64,000 nucleotides of DNA from Patescibacteria group bacterium. Its GTDB lineage: Bacteria; Patescibacteriota; UBA1384; XYA2-FULL-43-10; 1-14-0-10-43-13. The stretch lies in the NCBI GenBank assembly GCA_041649155.1, contig JBAZNP010000001.1:673183-737182 (forward strand), given 5' to 3'. Positions within the stretch are counted from its first letter, which is position 1. Each line of letters opens with the position of its first letter. This document shows, one piece after another, positions 58,801 to 64,000 of the stretch. Below the pieces are notes generated by a model, which made no database searches, was not told the origin of the DNA, and saw only the letters and a list, made by a program, of their open reading frames with translations. A program made the translations under genes and the position numbers.

Positions 58801-61472
58801 CCTGACCCGCCATTACGATTTAAGGTTAAAACCTTGCCTGATGCTCCAGCCAAAGTTAACGAGTTTGAGATTGTCTGAGTGGAACCAGAAGTGAAAGAAA
58901 CGGTTTTGCCTGAAGTCGATCCCGAAGAATTAATAGCCAATTTATTAAATGTGCTACTACCTGAGATAACAGAAGCGCCATCATTAACAATACTGACTGT
59001 TTGGGTTGTGGCACCTCCTCCAACCTTTGAATTAAACGAACCGCCGGATATACTCCAATTACCGCTGACATTCACATCCTGATTATTCGCGTCAAAGACA
59101 CCATTGCTATTGGTAATGTTACCTGAAACAGCCAAAGCATTGGTTACAAGTTGCAGTGTTCCGGCTCCGGAATGAGTAAGATTATTAAATATTTGAGATG
59201 CACCGGTGCCACCGCTGTTCAATGTCTGTGTGCCTGATGTTTTAGTAAAGTTGACGGTGGAAGTGCCGGCGGTAAAAGTGCCATTGTTTGTCCAGTTACC
59301 GGAGACAGTAAATGTTGACGTACCAACGCTGCCATTCGTACCAGCATAAAGCACTCCGCCTGTATTTACTGTCGTATTTACGCAAGAAATATTGTAGCTA
59401 GTTGTGCCAACATATGTATTTAGAGTCGCGTTAGTGTCAACTGTAAGACTACCGCTCATGGCATTACTAGAAGTAAGGCTGCCAGTTAAGTTATAACTTT
59501 CAGCTGATGCGGGAGCAAATTGAAGATTATTGTAAGCCAATGTGGCAATATTAACATTGCCGCCAGAATTAAGTGCAGTATATTTGACTGTAGAATTACT
59601 GCCTGGATCTAGACTGCCATTAACAGTCAATACATCGGCGGCAGAGCCGGTACCAGCCAGAGTCAAAGTATAACCAGAAGAGCTAAGATTAAAAAAATTC
59701 ATACCAGATATATTTACACTATCTGCTGTAATACTTGAAGCAAGAGCGACTATATTAAACTCGGGAAAATTATTAGTTTTGCTAATAGTAACTGAACCCA
59801 AATTTTGAGGCGTAGCATTGGAATCGGTATAGGTTGTTGTAGTAGTAGAGCCATCAAAAGTAACACCAGCTCCTTTAGTAAAAGTAGTACCGTTAGACAA
59901 TGAAAAATTACCGGCAACTGTCATAGCCAAATTGTTTGTTCCAGCATCAAATGTGCCGGCAGAGTTGGTAAAAACACCGTTAACATCAAGGGCACTAGTG
60001 TTTAACTGCAAAGTTCCAGCACCTGAATGAGTCAGGTTGTTAAAGAACTTTCCTGTCCCTGTTCCACCGCTATTTAATGTTTGGGCGTCGGAAGATTTAA
60101 TGAAATTAACAGTCGAAGTTCCGGCAGTGAAGGTATCAGAGTTTGTCCAGTTTCCGGAAACATTCATATTAATAGTTTTTGTATCATTGGCAATAATTTT
60201 ATTATGTCCTCCTCCATCGTAGATAGTAATATTGTTTGTTGTAATAAGTGATTCTGAAGCACCTGAATTGACTATTTGACCGTTACGTGCTGTATCGCCG
60301 CTATTACCTATATTTAAATTTCCACCTGTACTAGTTAGACTGTGGCCTTTAAGATCTAGGGATCCTACTGCATTATTGCCATCAGAATAAACGTAAATGG
60401 TATCAGACGCAGTAACGTCTCCATTAAGCTCAAAAGTTGTGAGAGCACTGGCTTCGGTTCCACTATTAACCACAAGTCTGGCATAGAAAGTGCCAGCTGG
60501 GATTTTGTAGGTCTCTCCGTTTGCTCCATACCATTGTGCGTTTGATTTTCCGGTGAAATTAGCTCCATTGGATACTATGCATGGATCAGCTAACTGGTTG
60601 CCAGTAAACTGAACAGCAGAATAATCTCCCGCAAAATGCCCCGTGCTATCGCCTGCCAATGTAAATAAGTGAGAAACTTGAATGTTGCCGAGATTAGTAT
60701 TGGTTTGGCCAGTGTGGGCGACTTCTAGATCATAGAAATAGCTGCCGTTAGTAATACTACCTGATAACATCATTCTCACTGTCGAAGTGTTGTAATTAAA
60801 TGTTCCAGTTCTAGCCCAATCTCCATACACAATCAATGTCGATGATCCAGCTGTAACTACTCCACCGGTGTTAATGGTCATTGAACCAAAGGTAATATTG
60901 TTGTTGCTGGTGGTAAGAGTACCGGTGACAGAGATACTTCCTAGGATTGTATTGTCTGTGTTGTTTAGGTTTAGATCATTAACATCAAGCGTAACTGATC
61001 CACTTGGTATAGATACATCATAAGCTGTTGCTGCAGTTTGACCTGGATATTCTCCATTACAATTTGACCAGTTAGCGGTGCTTGACCAGTTGCCTGTTGT
61101 TCCATCCCAAGTACAAACATAGTCAGCTGCTTTGGCTAGATTGGGTCTACCTAAAAGAGGAAACGAGAAAAAGAGAGCACTTGATAATAGAATGACTAGC
61201 AATGCACCTGCATGCACTTTAGTAGCATAAGGTTTTGTGTGCCAGTTATAGTACCAACTGTATCTTACTCTGCAATAGTTATGCACAGGAGCAAAGAATG
61301 AGAAAGTAGTTCTGGTTGATTTCTGGATAGCAAGGAGCTCCTGATCGATCTTTTGGAGTTCTTTTAGTCGATCTTCTCCCTTTTCGACAAGTTCATCGAT
61401 CCTCTCTTTGTCTTGGGGAAGAAGACTTGCTTTACGCTTTATAAGTTTGAGTTTACGTAAAAAATTCCCCAT
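55848..61472 (-). CDS. Giant membrane-anchored surface protein (beta-helix-like repeats, Ig-like and FN3-like domains)
   Basis: 1874 aa; TM near aa 90-105; repeated GNWTN..TFTAGTSTVNF; YRWG..APEG.N..YYAVD.AGN repeats; two VSW.T..S.VE.G..YG..H.V.L..L.P.T.YH modules. Confidence 0.8.
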   Translation of the reverse strand: MGNFLRKLKLIKRKASLLPQDKERIDELVEKGEDRLKELQKIDQELLAIQKSTRTTFSFFAPVHNYCRVRYSWYYNWHTKPYATKVHAGALLVILLSSALFFSFPLLGRPNLAKAADYVCTWDGTTGNWSSTANWSNCNGEYPGQTAATAYDVSIPSGSVTLDVNDLNLNNTDNTILGSISVTGTLTTSNNNITFGSMTINTGGVVTAGSSTLIVYGDWARTGTFNYNTSTVRMMLSGSITNGSYFYDLEVAHTGQTNTNLGNIQVSHLFTLAGDSTGHFAGDYSAVQFTGNQLADPCIVSNGANFTGKSNAQWYGANGETYKIPAGTFYARLVVNSGTEASALTTFELNGDVTASDTIYVYSDGNNAVGSLDLKGHSLTSTGGNLNIGNSGDTARNGQIVNSGASESLITTNNITIYDGGGHNKIIANDTKTINMNVSGNWTNSDTFTAGTSTVNFIKSSDAQTLNSGGTGTGKFFNNLTHSGAGTLQLNTSALDVNGVFTNSAGTFDAGTNNLAMTVAGNFSLSNGTTFTKGAGVTFDGSTTTTTYTDSNATPQNLGSVTISKTNNFPEFNIVALASSITADSVNISGMNFFNLSSSGYTLTLAGTGSAADVLTVNGSLDPGSNSTVKYTALNSGGNVNIATLAYNNLQFAPASAESYNLTGSLTSSNAMSGSLTVDTNATLNTYVGTTSYNISCVNTTVNTGGVLYAGTNGSVGTSTFTVSGNWTNNGTFTAGTSTVNFTKTSGTQTLNSGGTGASQIFNNLTHSGAGTLQLVTNALAVSGNITNSNGVFDANNQDVNVSGNWSISGGSFNSKVGGGATTQTVSIVNDGASVISGSSTFNKLAINSSGSTSGKTVSFTSGSTQTISNSLTLAGASGKVLTLNRNGGSGSDQYTIAIPASFTSDQYIQVANSNITGGIITPGNYSNVIDSGNNNGWNFVYTAPIVISVSNPVSPNGSNNWFKTTAPTITLSAESIGPVVTGIYYRWGSSGDYLTYSTPVTAPEGTNSLYAYATDEANNSGLDDPSITEYKVDTAAPSAVDISVSPSEVNGINGYYKGTAPSVTFSETDALSGAGSIYYRWGSSGDFSTYSTALTAPERVNTVYYYGVDIAGNVSSTFNREIKLDTVNPSSSSSINPASPDTNGYYTSAPTVTLSATDVDSSGVSGIKYRWGNGDWADYSSAITAPEGNNILTYYAVDNAGNSNSLSPGSREVKVDTITPDLSSITPAASANPTNNLTVSFNWNAASDGNGSGIKEYLVYIGSISGGTDIVNGTTVTTNSISKTFASVGTYYIRIKAVDNVGHISSFSLEGSVLIDQTSPVITLDNLTSGQYVNSKSIALSGTASKPIVGLNKVEIQIDNGDWNTTTLSSQSEDLSSNSWNYEWKDYTEGNHTIVARALDNAGNEKATSTFSVIVDSIAPTIPSDLRVFNVSNTAASVYAIYLDFAGSNDDTSLIKNYEVFKGDAKIGDINPKKENTNTNYTGNESQPYYLLDADVTSGDYVYKVKAVDNAGNSSETGVVKVNTTGKAIETDVISDPKGTASSVVAKDKTTVTVSWKTVYPATSLVEYGASTSYGNKTELDESLNQGHNVLLKDLKPATTYHAKVTSKDIYGKELVSEDISFTTKPAPEDKSILKIIIDTLQGLFRVLTTTNTKAADTTSSDTNSLESLQGFSNNLLVTDVSFKEKGFYQNVLTFPKGSKVEKSNDDSSYSSINTDSNGYFIDKGLSLNTTFRYRINDGLPVVRKPIVGDDSTLEVTNSKVIEESVLVAKDKVQLTVSWDTNRGASSQVEFGTSGNYGQKTREEESLNMGHSVTLEDLAPDTAYHFRTTSKDANGNTAVSGDFTFTTPTAQKDKGPLEVILESLQRIFGFVKL

Positions 61473-61563
61473 CCTGTGTCCCCCGCCAATTAAATAGTTA
61501 TAACAACATTATAATACACAAAAAGCAAAACACAAAATTTTCTATAGGATTCATGCGATCGAC

Positions 61564-61658
61564 GTCATTCCGACTCCTTGGCTTTGTCCAAGGATGGAGG
61601 AATCTTTTAATTAATTAAAACTACTATAAAAAGATCCCTTCATTTCAGTCGGGATGAC
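61564..61658. repeat. GTCAT..ATGAC double-arm repeat
   Basis: GTCATTCCGAC..GGAGGAATCT ... AGATCCCTTCATTTCAGTCGGGATGAC. Confidence 0.8.
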
Positions 61659-61728
61659 AAAGTGAGAAGTCGGGCTAGCAGAAGATGGTAAAAATTGATT
61701 AAACGCGTAAGTCTCACAATTAAAATAA

Positions 61729-64000
61729 TCATTCGTTTTGGTTGTTGTGACAAATATTGTAGTATGCGCAAACACCGGAACTTTTCTTGCAAGCCTGTTC
61801 TTCGAGGTGAAATTCCAAATTTATGATTTTATCATACACCTTTTCCACGGTTGTTTTGAATTCTGAGTATTGCTTGTCATCAATCGGTAGCGACACCCTT
61901 TTAAATTTCTTATCAGCAGAAGACGCTTTGTCCGGAGAAATAAAATCAAATTCAATTTCTCCGACCTGCCATTGAAAGATTGGATCAACCTCAGAAAGAA
62001 GCTTATAGAAATAAGCCTGATACATTAACTTTGTATCCTTCTCCTTTGTATTACCAAGTATGAAGTTTAGTGATTTAGGCGAAGATGTTTTGTAATCAAT
62101 TATTCGAACGTTATTGGATAATTTATCAGCCAAGTCTATTCGATCAATTTTTCCGGTAACCGGAATATCCTTAAAATGTACGTCATGTTTAGAAAAGTCA
62201 TATTCACAAGACAAAGGAATACCTCTGCTTTGCCAGTCTTTATCGTAAAAATCGTAGTATTTTGAAAGAATTTCTTGCCCAAATTCAATGGCTCTTTTGC
62301 GTTCTTCTACGGTGAAAATTTCCTCTTCCAGTGCTCCAAGAAAATCACCGATAAATTCTTCCTTGCTTGGTAATTTAAAATCCCTTCGATACTTTTTAAA
62401 AAGTAATTCCAAAGCTTTGTGAACGGCTGTCCCATAACTCTGAGTAAAGTCTTTAGTTTTCGGCACACGTAGTATATTGTCATAGAAAAATCTCTGAGGA
62501 CATTCAAGGTAGCTATTTAATGCTGTCGGACTTAGTTTAAAATCGTGAATTAATTGTTCCAGGAAATGGGACAATGCTTCAGAGGGTTCCCACTTTTTTT
62601 TAGCGAAAGTTAGTTTGAGGCGTTCGTCGAATTCGTTTTCATACTTTATCACACTTATTCTGGAAATAAGATCGGAAGAAAGCTCTGTAATAAATTTAGA
62701 AGGAACTGTTAAACTAATACTGTCAGCTTCTCCATAGGCAGTGGCATGTGTCAAGAAAATTTGTTTCTTTGCTCGTGTCAAAGCGACATAAAAAAGACGT
62801 CTTTCTTCTTCATCTTGTGCTATGGTTTCAGAAGACGGGTCGTCATCTTGAGTTGATTTTAGGATAGATTTAGGCAGTTTAATCAGTTCTTTTTTAACCT
62901 TGTTACCCCAATGTTTATCTGTGCAATGGATTAGAAAAACATATTCAAATTCTAGCCCCTTTGATTTATGGGCTGTCATTAAGTGTACACCTTCATAGTT
63001 TGCGGAGAGTTCTTTTTGTTTGATCGATAAATTATTTTCCTGTAAGAGCCCAATATATTCCAAAAATCCATTTAACTTCAAGTTCTTGTTTTTAGTATTA
63101 ATTGTCTTTATTTCGTCAAAAAGAGTTTGAAGTCGATTTAAATGATGAACGGATTCACCTAATGACAAAAGATAATTTAAATAACCAGTGGCGTTTATGA
63201 TGTGCTCAAATGCATGAGCGAAAGCGGCAGTATTGGCAATGTGACGGCATTCCAAAAAAGTATTTACAAATTCTTTAACAGCATTTGGTTCATCTAATTC
63301 TAACTCCTCCAGAATTTTGGGTGACGAAACTATGTCAAATATGTTTTTTCTTTTTTTATTAGTTTCAACTACTATTTTGTAAATGTCCAATGGAGAAATT
63401 CCGAAGAATGAATAATGCATAACTTCCATTAAAAGCTGATTGTCCACTTGCTTGACGCCAAAATTCAAGGCTTTCAAGTAGGTTATTATTTTATCTATCT
63501 CAGGATCTTCCAAAATATTGCCTCCGACTTCAATAATATAAGGAATGTTTAATTTTGAGAGAAAGTCGATCAACTCTTCTGAATCTCTATGTTCTTTGTA
63601 AAGAATGGCTATTTCATTGGGAGAAACCTTATTCTTTATTAATTCCTCAATTTTTTTAGCCACAAAGTAAGACTCAACTGAGCCATTTGAAAATTCGGCC
63701 AATTCAATGTCACCAGTGACATTCTGAAGTTGGCTTTTCAGTTTCTTTTCAATATTTAAACGTCCGGCAATTTGATTTTTGTTATTCTGAATTAACGTTC
63801 GGGACACATCAAGAATTTTTTGAATAGACCGGTAGTTATTTTCCAGTACGATCATTTTAGCCTCCGGGTATAATTCTTTGAAAAAAATAATATTTTCAAG
63901 CGAAGCTCCTTGAAAGCGAAAAACCGACTGTTCGTCATCACCCACAACAAAAATATTTGGGTTTTCATAAAAAGATCCCAATAGTTGGACAATGCTGTTT
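61729..64000 (-). CDS. UvrD/PcrA-like helicase fused to a PD-(D/E)xK nuclease (AdnA/AddA-like); starts beyond window
   Basis: VVGDDEQSVFRFQGA, LENNYRS, MTAHKSKGLEF, EERRLFYVALTRAK; LSPTALNSYLECP, GKIDRID, IIDYKT, C-terminal Cys cluster. Confidence 0.9.
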   Translation of the reverse strand, partial: NSIVQLLGSFYENPNIFVVGDDEQSVFRFQGASLENIIFFKELYPEAKMIVLENNYRSIQKILDVSRTLIQNNKNQIAGRLNIEKKLKSQLQNVTGDIELAEFSNGSVESYFVAKKIEELIKNKVSPNEIAILYKEHRDSEELIDFLSKLNIPYIIEVGGNILEDPEIDKIITYLKALNFGVKQVDNQLLMEVMHYSFFGISPLDIYKIVVETNKKRKNIFDIVSSPKILEELELDEPNAVKEFVNTFLECRHIANTAAFAHAFEHIINATGYLNYLLSLGESVHHLNRLQTLFDEIKTINTKNKNLKLNGFLEYIGLLQENNLSIKQKELSANYEGVHLMTAHKSKGLEFEYVFLIHCTDKHWGNKVKKELIKLPKSILKSTQDDDPSSETIAQDEEERRLFYVALTRAKKQIFLTHATAYGEADSISLTVPSKFITELSSDLISRISVIKYENEFDERLKLTFAKKKWEPSEALSHFLEQLIHDFKLSPTALNSYLECPQRFFYDNILRVPKTKDFTQSYGTAVHKALELLFKKYRRDFKLPSKEEFIGDFLGALEEEIFTVEERKRAIEFGQEILSKYYDFYDKDWQSRGIPLSCEYDFSKHDVHFKDIPVTGKIDRIDLADKLSNNVRIIDYKTSSPKSLNFILGNTKEKDTKLMYQAYFYKLLSEVDPIFQWQVGEIEFDFISPDKASSADKKFKRVSLPIDDKQYSEFKTTVEKVYDKIINLEFHLEEQACKKSSGVCAYYNICHNNQNE

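Noticed and set aside
596-62507. Numerous antisense and overlapping ORFs in the ORF track (e.g. 596-916, 21712-22047, 30981-31382, 48986-49285)
   Set aside because: Shadows of well-supported genes on the opposite strand or frame, with no motifs or RBS.
1-64000. tRNA, rRNA, tmRNA, RNase P RNA, IS transposases, prophage
   Set aside because: No diagnostic motifs or transposase/phage proteins recognised by eye; a covariance-model scan is needed to exclude divergent RNAs.

Overview
AT-rich bacterial chromosome segment. Gene content suggests Patescibacteria/CPR (inference): type IV pilins, minimal Mfd, PaaX/Cas2-like gene, DUF5663 with two VirD4/TraD-like ATPases, and a giant surface protein. TGA is used as stop, so the code is standard. 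Almost all genes from 1 to 48393 are on + and all genes from 48994 to 64000 are on -. Exactly at the convergence lies a 28-bp dif-like site with perfectly symmetric arms (48848-48875), so the window most likely contains the replication terminus. Housekeeping genes: trpS, rnhA, ileS, rodA, rplU, secE, nusG, rplK, mfd, dprA, topA, recR, cysS, dus, prfB, ybaB, pth, rplA/J/L, tgt, secDF, rluD, rmuC and a UvrD-nuclease fusion. Most notable non-gene structure: (i) a 40-bp palindromic repeat that brackets the PaaX/Cas2-like gene as direct repeats, with a solo third copy; (ii) several families of miniature repeats (GTCAT..ATGAC double hairpins, 7-bp periodic tracts) that fill intergenic gaps and also sit in-frame inside tgt, DUF167, dus and another gene; (iii) several candidate structured RNAs, one with an anti-Shine-Dalgarno loop. 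All calls are by eye; no database searches or folding programs were run.
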